Source of the DNA: Macrostomum lignano
Taxonomy: Eukaryota
Reading direction: 5' to 3'
NCBI GenBank assembly: GCA_002269645.1
Contig: NIVC01000629.1
Span: 248,001 to 312,000, forward strand
DNA length: 64,000 bases
This document shows, piece by piece, positions 12,591 through 25,700 of this stretch. Each line of letters begins with the position of its first letter. Within the stretch, counting starts at the first letter, position 1. The translations under genes and the position numbers were made by a program. The notes under the pieces are model-generated. The model worked only from the letters and a program-made list of their open reading frames with translations, was not told the origin of the DNA and ran no database searches.

Positions 12591-13499
12591 TACAATAATT
12601 AGTTTCTTATCTAGTGCAATAATCCTTTTCAAAATTCAAAGTTTAATAAAAAATTTGAATCTACTACATGAACGCTTGTAGCTTCTTCTCTTTTACTTGA
12701 TTTACCGGACGTTTTTTTCAAGTTAAAATTTTTTAATAAAAAACTTTTACTCTAAAAATTCGAACCCACGTCGCTGCATTAGCAGTTCAGTCTGTTCACC
12801 TCTAGGCTAACTTATTATCGTTTTGATAACATGAATTGTAGCACATATATAATTCAACACTGAAAACTCCAAGCATAGAGTAGAAATCACTCGAAGCAAG
12901 TTATAACATAATCAATTTCTCAGGCAGGCAATATCAGTTTCAACTATTAAAGTGAACAATATGGTTACGCAATCTAAATCTAAATCAAATGGCGCTGGCT
13001 TGAATTGTGGAGTTGTGATAAAGTAGGGGTTTGCGATACTGGAGATGTACAATGAGCATTTTAAGTAAAAAGTATAGAAATTTTCTTTTTAATGCTGTGT
13101 TTTTCATTTTTCGAATCTCAGCAAATGAATTATATTCCCGAACTCAGCGTTCCTAGCTCTTTTCAGCAATACAAGGCTCTCTTCTGAAAGTGAAAAACTC
13201 GAAGCACAAACAACGATTCAACATTCCTGCTTTAAAGCATTCAAATTCATAAGGTGTACATTCAGCGCCAGCTACTGTGAGAGGCCTGCAAGTTGATGCA
13301 TTGAAATTCACAACCAAGCCAAATTGAATAGCGACACCCGCCCCTCAATTTCAATAACTAAAATGTGTTGCGCAACCTTTCAACGCTTGTAGCTCTCCAC
13401 GCGAGTGTAGAGAACCAATGCTATAGTTGGCACTGAGTTATGATGCAATACAATTCCATCGGCAGTCAGAACGCTTCTTAATCGGAAAAAACTGTTTAA

Positions 13500-14115
13500 A
13501 CTAAAAAAAAAACGGGACAAAAATCGAGTTTTTCGAATATTTAATCCCTAAAAAATGAAGCGATTTCTTAGCAAAATTTTGTGTACCAGCGCACCATCAA
13601 TACGCATCGAATGCAGCAAACCCCACGAAATTCCGACCACGCAATGTCAAGTTAAACGAAGGTTCCTATAGATAGGTAGATAGGTAGGTAGGTAGGTAGG
13701 TACATAGTTTTGATTTTTAGTATATTGGAAGCATCCAGAATTTTTATTATACCCCCCCTTAATTGGTTACGCAAGTTAAATAGAGTAATTATCTGGGCAG
13801 TGGGGCAAAGTGAATTTTCTTATCAGTTGGCTCTGGCGCAATCATTAAAATTGGCTGTGAAGTTTCTCGCTGCGCGCAGGCTGATAAAAAAATACACTAA
13901 AAAGGCCATTTAAAACAGTTTTTCGAATATTTAATCCCCTTAGCATTGAGCTAGAGCTTAATAAAATTACATGTAACGTCCCGGGCACATTTGACATCTT
14001 TTGGCGAAGAAACGGAGAAAATCGGTTGAGCCTTTTGGGAGATAACCTGTTACATACCCACAGACAGACAGGGCCGGTGGAGGGGGGGTTGCTACTTTAG
14101 ATATATTAGATATTA
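13500..14115. mobile_element. Two adjacent Helentron/DINE-like (HINE-type) non-autonomous repeats
   Basis: Shared core TTTTTCGAATATTTAATCCC (about 13530 and 13920), internal microsatellites (TAGG)n and (ACAG)n, and TTTAGTATATT/TTTAGATATATTAGAT-type ends. Classification is by architecture only. Confidence 0.35.
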
Positions 14116-14375
14116 GATATATTGTTCCTATTTTATAGCCAATGGCCATAGTATCTAGTAAGTAGTTAATTAATAATTAGTCTAAGAACTAATAGCAATG
14201 TGGCATATAGTGGCAATATGGTATAAGAGGGTTTAAGGAAAGGTATTTGGGGTGTATGCAAAAGGAAAGAATATGGGACCATATATAAGAATACATATGG
14301 GGAGTATAAAGGCATAGATAGGATATAAGGAAGGGTATAAGGCCCATAGTAGGGAGGAATAAAAGCATACATAAA

Positions 14376-14547
14376 CATACATGCGCAACCTTGGGAATCA
14401 CCCGGCCGTTTCTATTGGCAACACACACATGTAAGTCGCTATTGGCTGAGAGCAGTCACGTGACTACTATTCTGTCCAATAGCGACTTACGTGTGTGTGT
14501 TGCCAATAGAAACGGCCGGGTGAATCCCTAGGTTGCGCCCAAGCATG
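14376..14547. mobile_element. 172-bp palindromic MITE, P-element-like (CAT termini, 8-bp TSD)
   Basis: TSD TACATAAA on both sides; internal 48-bp inverted arms (14398-14445 / 14476-14523, 1 mismatch) around a 30-nt loop. Confidence 0.8.
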
Positions 14548-15119
14548 TACATAAAGAAGGGGGTATAAGGCATTCTTATAGGGAATGGATTTCTAATATA
14601 AGAAAAAAGGCATTTAGCATGGTTTGACTTTGATTGCAATATATAATGGTTTTATGAATAAGATTTTTAAAAAGATTTCAAATATACATATGCTATTATA
14701 TATGATAATATTCTCTATTGTTACCATGCTTATAATCTATATCTATATGCTTTGATACCAGTGGAATATATTTTATAGCACATTGGTGCATTGTAAAAAT
14801 GTATCAATTTTAGGTAATTTTAGGCATAAAAACCTAAAACCTATATTGAGATATGAAATTGCATCCAATATCTAATTTTAAGATACAATTTTAAAAAATT
14901 CAAGATGCTATAGCATTCTTATCATTTAAAAATGAATACAGGCTATATATGCTGAATAAAAATAATAATAAAGATAAAAATTAAAGTTATTAATTTAACT
15001 TTGCTTGAATAGGTTAGTTTATTTAAAATCAAGGTAACTTTAAACTTTAAGCAAAAACAAAATATATTCTTATAACTATTATAAAAAATAGAAAAGATTC
15101 AACATACTTTAGTTTTAAT

Positions 15120-16161
15120 TAGTGTTCCGCCGTAGCTGTAGCTATGGCTATGGGATCCTACGGCAAATACAGTAAAATAAATGCCTACAGTAGCTATGGA
15201 TATGCCTACAGTAGCTAGCTGCTCTTATGGCTACAACTACGGAAATATGGTAGTTGCTGTCACATTCCATAGATTCCTGTAGCTGTAGTTATTAATGTTA
15301 AAAATTGAAAAAAATATTAGAAACAGGTAGAGTAAAACAAAAATACTTTAGTAAACTGTATTATCAACCTAGAAACTCATAAATTATACCTAAAAAAGTA
15401 AAATAAAACACTAGCAAACTCTAATTTTTATTAATGTGAAAAATTTTAGTGTTAGTACTTTCAAAAACAATTAAGTATTGTTGCTCTGAAAAAAGACAAA
15501 ACATAATCTTACAAAGACAATTAAGTGTTTCTTTTATTTTCTAATTTAATTTGCAGTTGTTTAAGCACTAGGTTATCTTCTTGATTCAAAATATTTTATT
15601 TTTTAGACTTTTTTTAAAACTATGGCTACAGAATACAGAGAATTAGAGTAAGCCGCCACAGCTGGCCGCTGGGAAGGTGGCAGTTTTTGGTGAATTTTCT
15701 GGCGCAAATTGGCCCTTTTTGGCACACACGGCGCACACAGCATACAAGGAAAAATTGAAAATGCTCTGGTGGTGCACATAGCGCATGGCGCTAAAAAATA
15801 TATAGTTACACTTCATTATACCTTGCAAAATATATCGTATCAGGCCGAATTCCATAATTCATAAAATAAAATGTTATACTATCAAAGAATACTAAAATTA
15901 TGTAAATCACGATATAAAATACATAAATGAAATTCAAATTTGTCTATTGTAAATTCAAATTTACCTTACCTTACTGTAGACTTACCTTATCATGGCGCGC
16001 TGCGGCGCACAAAATCTTTTCTTCACGGCGCACGGCGCACAGTGCTCAAAAGCCATCAAAATAGTTCTGGTGCACACTGTGCCAACTTCCCGACTATGGG
16101 TAAGCCGTATTTTTGCTTATGGCTATGATGGTACATGGACCCTCCTTACAGCGGAACACTA
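15120..16161. mobile_element. hAT-like non-autonomous DNA transposon (1042 bp)
   Basis: TIR TAGTGTTCCGC.../...GCGGAACACTA; exact 8-bp TSD GTTTTAAT; subterminal GTAGCT/GGCTA repeats. Confidence 0.85.
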
Positions 16162-17569
16162 GTTTTAATTATAAATTTTGGGTTATATGACATTTGTTGA
16201 AGAAATATTTCAATAAAGTATTGTACAATTTTGACAAATTCAAAAAAATTACTACATAGGGCCTTTTCATTAGCTAAGTTAAGGCAAGGTCATAACCGTG
16301 TGTCTGAACGCAAACAAAATCTATTTCAATAGGTAAATAAGTTTTTAAATTTTGAGTGGTAAAATTAAAAGTAAAACAGTTCTCTTCTAAACAATGTGAC
16401 AATTCTAAATGTTTTAATAGGCCTACACTGTCAGAAATATAGCTTAGTAGGCCCTAGTTAAATAAATTTATAATAAATCTTTCAGGACTATCGCCGAAGT
16501 CGTCTTTAATCCAAGTGACCTTTGGCCCTTTGCCAAAGAGTCTTTTATCGAAGAATCAAAAATGATTACCAGTAAATTTGGATTGATCTATGAAGAAGTA
16601 ATTTGAATTCGTAGAAAGCTTTCAACTGAATTTAAATAATAATCGATTCCCTTACGTACTGCTAAACAAAAATTAAAAATATTTTTGATAAAAATTCTAA
16701 AGTCTGGAAAATACTAGTTCTGGATTACTTTCTTAAATTTAATTCGGCCAAACAAAGAAGAAATGTAAAGTGTTTAATGTGTGAATCCCAAGTGACGTAA
16801 TGTTCGTGTAAATGTATTAGTTAATATACCAACCGAGAAATGAAGTTGGGCACCTTATAATCTGTGTATTAGGCTTGACCCTCCCGAATTTTTATATTGA
16901 GTTAGATAACTATGAAATTGTAGTGGGATTTTTTAACTTTGTTTAACTTATAATATAACCTACCCAACATAACGCATAAGCGATTTAATTCTTGTTCTCT
17001 AATCCTAATCCTAATTTAATTCTATGTCATTCTCATAATCAATTCATAACTCAGATCAGAAAAGAGTGTGCGCCAAATTGAATTTTTAAGGTGCACAAAG
17101 TGCAGCTAAGTGCTCGAATATATTCTCAAATGAGCACTTAGTCTATATTAGTAAATACTCTGATAGGCCCCTACTATACTATATGTCGATATAGTTAGGC
17201 CTAACACCGACCTAGAAGGGTAGATACTTTTCCTTTTTTCTCTTTAAAAAATTATGTGATGAAAGAGATTCAAAGACAGATTTTGGGACTTTCTCTTTTA
17301 TTTTAGCCACTTTCTCTTAGGATTTTTAGCACACCATACATAGTTAACCGATCCTTTGGTTTCCCACTCTAAATCATACATGCGCAACTGCTGGCCGACC
17401 TGGCCGATCCGGCCACCGTAAATCGTGGCTGACCAGGGGTAAGTCGCAAAATTGAGTCAACCAAAAACAGAAAAACACAAGAACCAAGAAAGGCAAGAGG
17501 AAAGCGAAAGAAAGTGCAGTTCAGGGAAAATGGTGAAGCAAAAGAAAAACTATTCGCAAAAGAAGCAAA

Positions 17570-18325
17570 CTAAGTTGTAAAAATAATCAGGTAAGTCGCA
17601 AAAAGGATCAGGTAAGTCGCAAAAGAAGCAAACTAAGTCGCAAAAAGGATCAGGTAAGTCGCAACAGGAATCAGGTAAGTCGCAAAAGAAGCAAACTAAG
17701 TCGCAAAAAGGATCAGGTAAGTCGCAAAAGGGTTAGGTAAGTCGCAAAAAGGATTAGGTAAGTCGCAAAAAGGATCAGGTAAGTCGCAAAAAGGATCAGG
17801 TAAGTCGCAACAAGAATCAGGTAAGTTGCAAAAGGATCAGCTAAGTCGCAAAAGGATTAGGTAAGTCGCAAAAAGGATTAGGTAAGTTGCAACAAGAATC
17901 AGGTAAGTTGCAAAAGGATCAGCTAAGTCGCAAAAGGATTAGGTAAGTCGCAAAAAGGATTAGGTAAGTCGCAAAAAGAATCAGGTAAGTCGCAAAAGGA
18001 TCAGCTAAGTCGCAAAAGGATTAGGTAAGTCGCAAAAGGGTTAGGTAAGTCGCAAAAGGATTAGGTAAGTCGCAAAAGGGTTAGGTAAGTTGCAAAAGGA
18101 TTAGGTAAGTCGCAAAAAGGGTTAGGTAAGTCGCAAAAAGGATTAGGTAAGTCGCAAAAAGAATCAGGTAAGTCGCAAAAGGATCAGCTAAGTCGCAAAA
18201 GGATTAGGTAAGTCGCAAAAGGGTTAGGTAAGTCGCAAAAGGATTAGGTAAGTCGCAAAAAGGATTAGGTAAGTCGCAAAAAGGATTAGGTAAGCCGCAA
18301 AAAGAAGCAACTAAGTCGCAATAAG
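17570..18325. repeat. About 21-22-bp tandem array of the GGTAAGTCGCAAAA motif inside the P-like element
   Basis: More than 30 copies of (G)GTAAGTCGCAAAA; the same motif occurs singly near both TIRs. Confidence 0.9.
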
Positions 18326-18779
18326 AGGGAAGTAAGTCACAATCAGAGGCAATCAGGGGGTAGTAGGTGCAAGTGTGGCAGGAGAGCAAAAACAGAATAG
18401 AAGCCTTCAACCACAGACAAGATCTTTGAAATCAGAAGCCCGCGTCCACAGTTTCCCATTGATTTCTTAAACTCTGGAGCAGGGGTTGGCAAACTCCGGC
18501 TCGCGAAGCCCCTCTATCTGGCCCTCGCCCCTCGGGTTCTTTGAAACTTCCTAACCAGCAAGGTTGGTGTCTCTTCAATTCTCATCTCTCTCTTCTTCTC
18601 TACCTTGCCTCCCCTCTTCTCTCTCTCCCCCTTTTCCCTCTTCTCTCTCCTCTCATTTTTACTCTCCTCTCTTCTCCCCCTTTCTCTCTACCCTTTCTTC
18701 TCAATGCCCTCTTCTCTCCTCTTATCTTCAGCAAAAATATGTGCATATTTTCTTACTTCAAAGTAGAGGGAATAGAAGA

Positions 18780-19235
18780 TTAGAGATAAGCAAACAGAGG
18801 GGAGGCGAGCGATGCGATGGGAGAAAAGATAGAAGAGGAGAGAAAAGCTGAGGGAGGAAAAAGAGATGAGAGAGAAGAGGAGATTAGAGGAAAGAGGAAA
18901 GAAAAGATGATGGATGAGATCAGAAGAGAGGAAAGAGGAAAGAGGAGAGAGTAGATGAGAGAAGAGAGGATAAAGAGGAGATGAGAGGAGAGTGAAGAGA
19001 GGAGAGATGAGAGAGTAGAAAAGAGAGATAAGATGAGAGAGTAGAGTGGAGAGAGACGAGAGGGAAGATAAGATGAGAGAGTAGAGTGGAATGGAGACGA
19101 GAGGAGATAAGAATGTAGAGAGGAGACAGAAGAGATAGGAGAGGAGAGGAAAGAGAGAAGAGAGGAGAGGAAAGAGAGAAGGGATAAGGGATGAGAGAGA
19201 AAAGAAAAAGAGGATGAGAAGATTGAGGAATGGAG
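18780..19235. repeat. GA-rich low-complexity tract
   Basis: Purine-only runs on the + strand; source of spurious S/L-rich ORFs. Confidence 0.85.
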
Positions 19236-20570
19236 AGAATTTGCAAAGGCCTCAAATCTTAGTTTAACATGCATTACTCCCATCTTTGCCTTTTTCCTAA
19301 CTGTTAACAAGTTTTTGTTTGAGCATGACTTCAAATTTAGAATCTATGCAAAAATAGTTCCGGGAATTAGAACTCAGTGGTTTAAAAATCTGTGGGTTTT
19401 CACAGCTTGTATCTCTACTGGATTCGTATTCTGCATCTGATGAGCCATCTGAATCAGGGCTCTCATCTTCCATGCCAAATTGTCTAGCAAATCGTTCTTG
19501 AGCTATAGGTCACACTGTATTCACTTCACTTACTTCTGGACATTCATGAATCATGACTTTTGTAGTATGCTCACTACACTGTACTGACAATTTACTAATT
19601 GCTTCATGCCGCCACTAGATGACACTGATTAGCTGTTATAAAAACGCGGAATCTGCACGCAGCACTAATTAGCTGGCGAGGCATTTAGCTTTAAAAATAT
19701 GGTCAAAGTTACTCCTGCCGTTTACCTAAAGTTTTTGCTTGGCTCTTTCATAGGTAAGTCGCATTTTTTATCGAAAACTAAGTCGCACGGCCAGCGTAAT
19801 TTCAGAAGTTGCGCATGTATGCTCTAAATTATTTAAACCCTAGAGTCCCATGGGCATTATTGTGCGCCAAGTGCGCTAAGGACCCCTTGTGTGTGCCAGA
19901 ATTTTCCATGGCAAAGGCCACCTTCCTGACTATGGCCCTAGACTAATAAGCCACCTACAACACATTGGCCAACCATCTGACAGTCAACTAGGCCTATTCG
20001 CGTAATTCGCCTAGCTTTCCCCCGGCACATGACTAAGACTGCCACATACTAAGACCACCACAGCTATTACTGGCTACTGGTATTGAGGGGGAGCTACCAA
20101 TCTTCTAGCATTGCTATTCCTCTCATAGGTTCTTTTCTCACTGCTGGCTCTCCTACCCACTTATCTCCTCTCTAGCACCATCTAATAACACAAATTCGAA
20201 TTTCTCCCTTAGCTCCCCAAGTGTGGTGGTCTTGGTGTGTGGCAGTCTTAGTCCTACACCTTCCCCCATTAGCGGCTAGTGCTTCAGCAATATCCTCTAT
20301 TGGATAACATACTACTACCATATGTAGAACTCTGTAAACTCTTGCAAGATTATGTAAGCTTGCCGGACTCTAAAAAGTTCAAAAAAGGATTTAAATAGCC
20401 CCTAATTTAGAGTGGGAAACCGAAGGATTGCCCATAATTAATATATTATTTTTTTAGGATCCTTTTAAATAATCACTTTTAAAGACAACTATTGACTAGT
20501 ATTTTTTCCTAGACAAAATTATATAGAAAAATAGTTTGTAAGTTCCAACAAAATGGTTTATATATATGAT

Positions 20571-20761
20571 CAGTAGCGCAACCAGAAATTTTTCAAGGGG
20601 GGGGGCGGATTCTGAGGGTAAAGTCCCGGGAGGGGGGGCGGCGGAGGGGTGGCTCTGTTTTTGGCAAAAATTCGCTTGGTCCCCCCTTTGATTTTTTTTC
20701 GGTCCCCCGCCTAGGGGGGGGCGACCGCCCCCCCCGCCCCCCCCCCCTGGTTGCGCCACTG
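20571..20761. mobile_element. hAT-like MITE (191 bp, GC-rich)
   Basis: TIR CAGTRGCGCAACCAG / CTGGTTGCGCCACTG; exact 8-bp TSD TATATGAT. Confidence 0.85.
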
Positions 20762-21039
20762 TATATGATTAGTTACTAGTTGAAAAAACTTTAAATCATT
20801 AATCCTAGGTTAGCCATAATATTATTAGATATGTGGAACTGTAAAGTTGGAGATATATAAGTTCTTCTTAGGGCTGCAAATTGGCCAAAAAGATGACTTG
20901 ATCAAAGCAGTCAATAAATAGGCTAGGCCACAGAATAAAATAACCATAAAAGTTATATCTTACAAACTGGTTTTCAATTGGTAGACTTTTACCTCAAAGA
21001 CCAGTTAAATAATCTATCTAGGCCCCCTATTGGCTACAA

Positions 21040-21700
21040 GGGCAAATAAGAGTAGAAAGAAGAATGAATAAGCAATAAGAAAAAAATGTTGAGAAAGGAG
21101 ATAAGATAAAAGATAAGAGAAGATAAGAGGATAAATAGAGAGGGCAAAAAAGAGGGGAAGGAAAAGGGAAAGAGAATTGAAAAGATAGTAGAGATAAAAA
21201 GAAGGAGATAAAAGACAAAAAGAGAGAGGAGAGAGATAAGATGAGAGAAAAATAAAAGAGTATGAAGGAGAGAGAGAAAAGAGTAAGGAAAAGAACAGAT
21301 AGGAAAAAAGAGATTAAAGAGATAATAGAAAAGAGAATTAAAAAAGAGAGGAAATAGAGGGGATAGAAAAAGAAAGAGGAAAGATAAGAGAGCTGAGAGA
21401 AAGGAGAAAAGATAAGAAATCTGAGAGAAGAGAAAAGTAAGAAAGCTGAGAGAAGAGGAAAGATAAGAAAGCTAAGACTAAGAGAAGAGAGTAAAGATAA
21501 GAAGGCTGTGAGAAGAAAGGAAAGATAAGAGAGCTGAGAAAAAAAGAAGAAAAAAAGGAGTGCAAAAAAGAGAGGAAAAATACAAGAGCAGAAGGAAGAG
21601 AGAAAAGAGTAGAGGAAGTAGAGATAAGCAAGATGAAAGAGAAGAGTAGAGAGGACAAGAGAAAGGGAATAAGAGAGAAGAGACAGAAGAGGAGATAGAG
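21040..21700. repeat. GA-rich low-complexity tract
   Basis: Purine-rich + strand; spurious F/L/S ORFs on the minus strand. Confidence 0.85.
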
Positions 21701-21894
21701 TTTCAGAGGATTACAGTCGTTTTGGTGACAAGACAATTTGGTGACAGTCGTTTCGGTGACAAGCAAAAGTTATATCAGTGACAAACAAAAGTCATTTCGG
21801 TGACAAGGCTAATTGTTACGTTGGGTAGCAGATTTAGAAACATTTATTTGGAAATAAAACTTCCATTTTTTCTTAACAAGATTATCGTTGGCTT

Positions 21895-23655
21895 ATGCGC
21901 CAGGAAAATTTTCATTGGACCTGTGCCATCTACCAGCAACCTGCATTTCCCGAAGCTGCTATTGGCCATCAGCAAGATACTGAGCTTACAAATCCAATGG
22001 ACATTGATGAGGCAACCATGCCTATCAATGAGCCGGAGCTAACAGATAGGCCAATTGAAGTTGCTGAATCAGCACCAGTTATAGGTGTCCAGCAGGATAG
22101 GCCTACCAAAGTGACAAATCCAATGGAGATTGATGCAGAGGTGGCCATTCCTTTCGATGAGCCAGAGCTAACAGATAGGCCAATTGAAGTTGCGGAACCA
22201 GCACCTCGCCTTCCTGCAGCAGAGGAGGAACCAGAGACTTTTGAGGTTTTAGACCAAGGCAGCAAACAAGGACATCAAGTAGTGACATTTTCTCAGGGCT
22301 ACGTCTATGGGTTTCACCGACGGTGTAGAACCACAGCATACTATCACTGCACCAAACGTGGCTATGAGCACCCCTGTCCAGCAACACTGATCCAGCGACA
22401 AGGCCACAACTTTCAACATGGCCGACACCTACACTCGCACCCTCCTATGGCTAATGCCACAGTGTTACGCAAGTTTGTGTGAGATGTCAAGGATGTGGCC
22501 AGCAAGAATCTGTTTGCATCAGCAAATAAACTGGCTGAGGAGAAGCTGGTGGAAGAGCAAGATGCGTTTGATGGTGCACCTGACCTGCCGAACCTGGAAA
22601 ATATTGTCCAAGCTGTAAACAGACACCGGCAGAAAGCCCGGCCAAAGGACCCAGTAGATTTGAATTTTGAGATTGCTGAGGATGCCATCCCTGAGGGCTT
22701 TTTACACTCAGACATCCGCGTTGGCAACAACCGCCACCTTGTTTTTTATACCAATGAACAATTAAGCCTACTAAAACAGGCCAAAGTCTGGTATCTGGAT
22801 GGCACGTTTGACATCATCAAGCAACCATTTTCACAGCTGTACTCTGTACTCATACATGCATTCCTGCAGCACAAAGACAGCCTGAAGCAAGTGCCCCTGG
22901 CATTCTGCATCATGTCAGGGAAGCGCAAATGTGACTATCGAGCCATCCTTCGAGAACTTTGTCAGCTGACACAAGCGACTCCATCGTCATTTGTTATGGA
23001 TTTTGAGGCCACGATGTGGCGTGAATTGCGCCATGTATTCCCCTCTGCAAGACTGCATGGCTGCAATTTTCACTGGACGCAGGCTGTGTGGAGGAAGGTA
23101 CAAGCACTAGACCTACAGGAGGCATATCGGACTGACAATGGCACAAGACGATTTTGTCGGAAGTTACTGGCCCTGTCATTTCTTCCAGCAGAGCACATGG
23201 AGCCAGCTCTGGACAGCCTGCAGCAGTCAATGGATGCCGACCAACTGACTGCATTGTGCCAGTACATTCGACGTACGTGGCTTTGGAGCTCAGTCTGGAC
23301 CGCCGCTGAGGTCTCGGTCTACCGATGAGCCATTCGGACCAACAATGACCTGGAAGGGTATCATCGTCACCTTCAACACTGAGCTCAGTGCAGCAACATC
23401 CAATTTTACCTGTTCATTCAAGTGCTGCACCGAGAGGCACTGCTGGTGCCTTTGCAGGCGCAAATGCTCTCACAGGGGGTGCTGAAATGCGTCCAGAGGC
23501 GTCAGTACAGAGACATGCAGGGCCAAATATTTGAGCTCTGGGGCAAGTATCGGGACGGCAATCTGACTGCCATGCATCTGCTGCGGGCTTGCGGCAGACT
23601 GTGCATGCCCCCGCAGCTGTTTCAGGTGCCAGCAGATGATGGACAATCTAGCTAA
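21895..23655 (+). pseudogene. MULE transposase (FLYWCH/WRKY-like finger + DDE) with three in-frame TGA stops
   Basis: YYHCTKR...CPA...HLHSHPP; VWYLDGTF; VPLAFCIM; MDFE...GCNFHWTQAVWRK; RTNNDLEGYH. All three ORF pieces are in one frame with TGA at 22480, 23326 and 23380. Confidence 0.9.
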
Positions 23656-23694
23656 GTGCTTTCTGAACTGCTGAACTTCATAATTAAGGTACCA

Positions 23695-23990
23695 CTCCTT
23701 TTGAGCTTTGTGCCTTACAGTACTTATAATTTCAATGCAAGTGCTTTATATACATGTACTGCTCCTTTTGAGCTTTGTGCCTTACAGTACTTATAACTTC
23801 AATGCAAGTGCTTTATATACATGTACCGCTCCTTTTGAGCTTTGTGCCTTACAGTACTTATAACTTCAATGCAAGTGCTTTATATACATGTACCGCTCCA
23901 ATTTGAGCTTTGTGCCTTACAGTACTTATAATTTCAATGCAAGTACTTTATGTAACTGTACCGCTCATCCGCTCCTTTTTGAGCTTTGTT
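23695..23990. repeat. 67-bp tandem repeat (about 4.5 copies) in the MULE 3' region
   Basis: Unit CTCCTTTTGAGCTTTGTGCCTTACAGTACTTATAAYTTCAATGCAAGTGCTTTATATACATGTACYG. Confidence 0.9.
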
Positions 23991-25559
23991 AAATAAACAC
24001 AACTAATTGAAAACTACTTCGAAAAACTACAAATTGATACTATGAAACAAATTTTATGTCACCGAAATGTCCCCTCTTTGTCACCGAAACGACCACTCTT
24101 TGTCACCGAAACGACTATTTGTCACCAAATCGACTGTCACCGAAATGACAATGACTTGTCACCAAAATGACTGGTACCCATTTTAGAGCACCCAAGGGAC
24201 ATAGAGAAATGCAGAGGCAAGAGGCTAGAGTTTGTTTATATAGGCTTTAGACAGACATTGCCTATCATTCCATGGCAATACCAACAAAGAAGATCAATAT
24301 ACCCTCAAATCTAAATTTACCACAAATTTATTCCAATTTTTAATTTACCTCTAACTTTTTTAACTATTAATAGGTTTTCTGTTAGAGTATGATTTCAGAT
24401 TTTAAAATATTTGTTGATTTAAAAAAGATTTATATTTAGATTTAAAAAGATTTTAAAAACAGTTTGTTAAAATATAAATGTAACAAATGAATGATGTACA
24501 TTTATGTCCATATTGTTATGTTACCAAATTAAATCTCATTTTTTGGCATCAATCAAACAGTCTCCTTTATTTTACTTGCTAAAATGCCTAGGTACCCTGC
24601 ATTTGAGTGCTAACATTATTTTTTGAAAAGAAAGGCAATATTTATAAGGCCTATTTGTATATTATTTTTTTTACTAAAAAATGTCCATTATTTTCAAATT
24701 TGTATGTCAAAGAGTTTGCTTAACAAAAATTACAGCCTAATATATGAAAAATTAGACTTATTTATTTAAATAGATAGTGAGATTAGAAGAAGCAAAACTA
24801 CTTACCAATGACTCATTTAATAGTGCTGACCTTTGTGCCCCCTTGTTGGTGGGTATTTCACTTGGTAGTCTTAGCTAGTTTTGTTGCACATGGTCTAGAA
24901 GTCTGCCATTAATAGACTATCAAGCATTTTTTTTACTTTATAATCATAAGATGAACCTCAAACAAAGGCTTCATAAGTAACATAGCTAAAATGCAAAGTG
25001 CCTTCCTTCTAGGATAAAATGGAATCCAAAAAATTCTAATAATATTCCTTTTAGATTATATATATAAAGTGAAATAATAAGCAATATTGACAAATAGGAT
25101 AAAAAGTGTGACTTACAATAGAAATGATAAGATTGGCTAAGTATATAACTTTAAAAAGAGCAAGAATTCTAGACTAAGCTATGTTATAACTTGAAATTTG
25201 ACCTAAAATATAGTTTCATTATGACAAAAAATTAACACTAAAAATATATCCTAAATAAAGTCTATATTCTATATTTAGCTTTTATATACTTAGAGTCCAA
25301 GTGTGCTTGCACAATCTACTTTTGTTTTTTCCATATAAAAATCTGTTAAATGACTATATTATAGGTAAATGCAACTTGATAAACAAAATTTTTGAGAAAA
25401 AAATAATAATTGAAACCATAGATGCAAAAAGTAGTTTTAAAATTTATAAGAAAAATATATCTATGATAAAACATTCCTAAAGGAAGCAAAAAACATATCT
25501 ATTTTTAATTTGATCTAAAACAATTTATATATCTAGCAATGCCCTTTTGCTTATTCTCT

Positions 25560-25700
25560 AATCCAATATATTAAAAATGAAAATCTTGTATGTTTGTTTG
25601 TTTGTTTGTACGAAATCGATTTTCTCCTGAATGGCTTGACCGATTTTGTTCGAATTTGCACTGTTTGATCAGAAATTTTCCCGTGACAGTACATGCATCG
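25560..25700 (+). mobile_element. Helitron/HINE-like element 5' fragment
   Basis: ATCCAATATATTAAAAATG...(TGTT)n...GGCTTGACCGATTTTG architecture resembles non-autonomous Helitron-like repeats of invertebrates. Confidence 0.35.

Larger units (their letters stand above)
17375..19821. mobile_element. 2.45-kb non-autonomous DNA transposon, P-element-like
   Basis: 15-bp TIR CATACATGCGCAACT / AGTTGCGCATGTATG; exact 8-bp TSD CTCTAAAT (17367-17374, 19822-19829); no transposase ORF. Confidence 0.85.
17350..20430. mobile_element. Host MITE-like element interrupted by the P-like insertion
   Basis: ATCCTTTGGTTTCCCACTCTAAAT at 17351 is inverted at about 20405-20428 (ATTTAGAGTGGGAAACCGAAGGAT). Confidence 0.5.
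21708..24179 (+). mobile_element. MULE (Mutator-like) DNA transposon, about 2.47 kb
   Basis: Ends GGATTACAGTCGTTTTGGTGACAA / TTGTCACCAAAATGACTGGTACCC with arrays of GGTGACAA subterminal repeats. Flanks give only a degenerate TSD (GTTTCAGA / ATTTTAGA). Confidence 0.85.
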
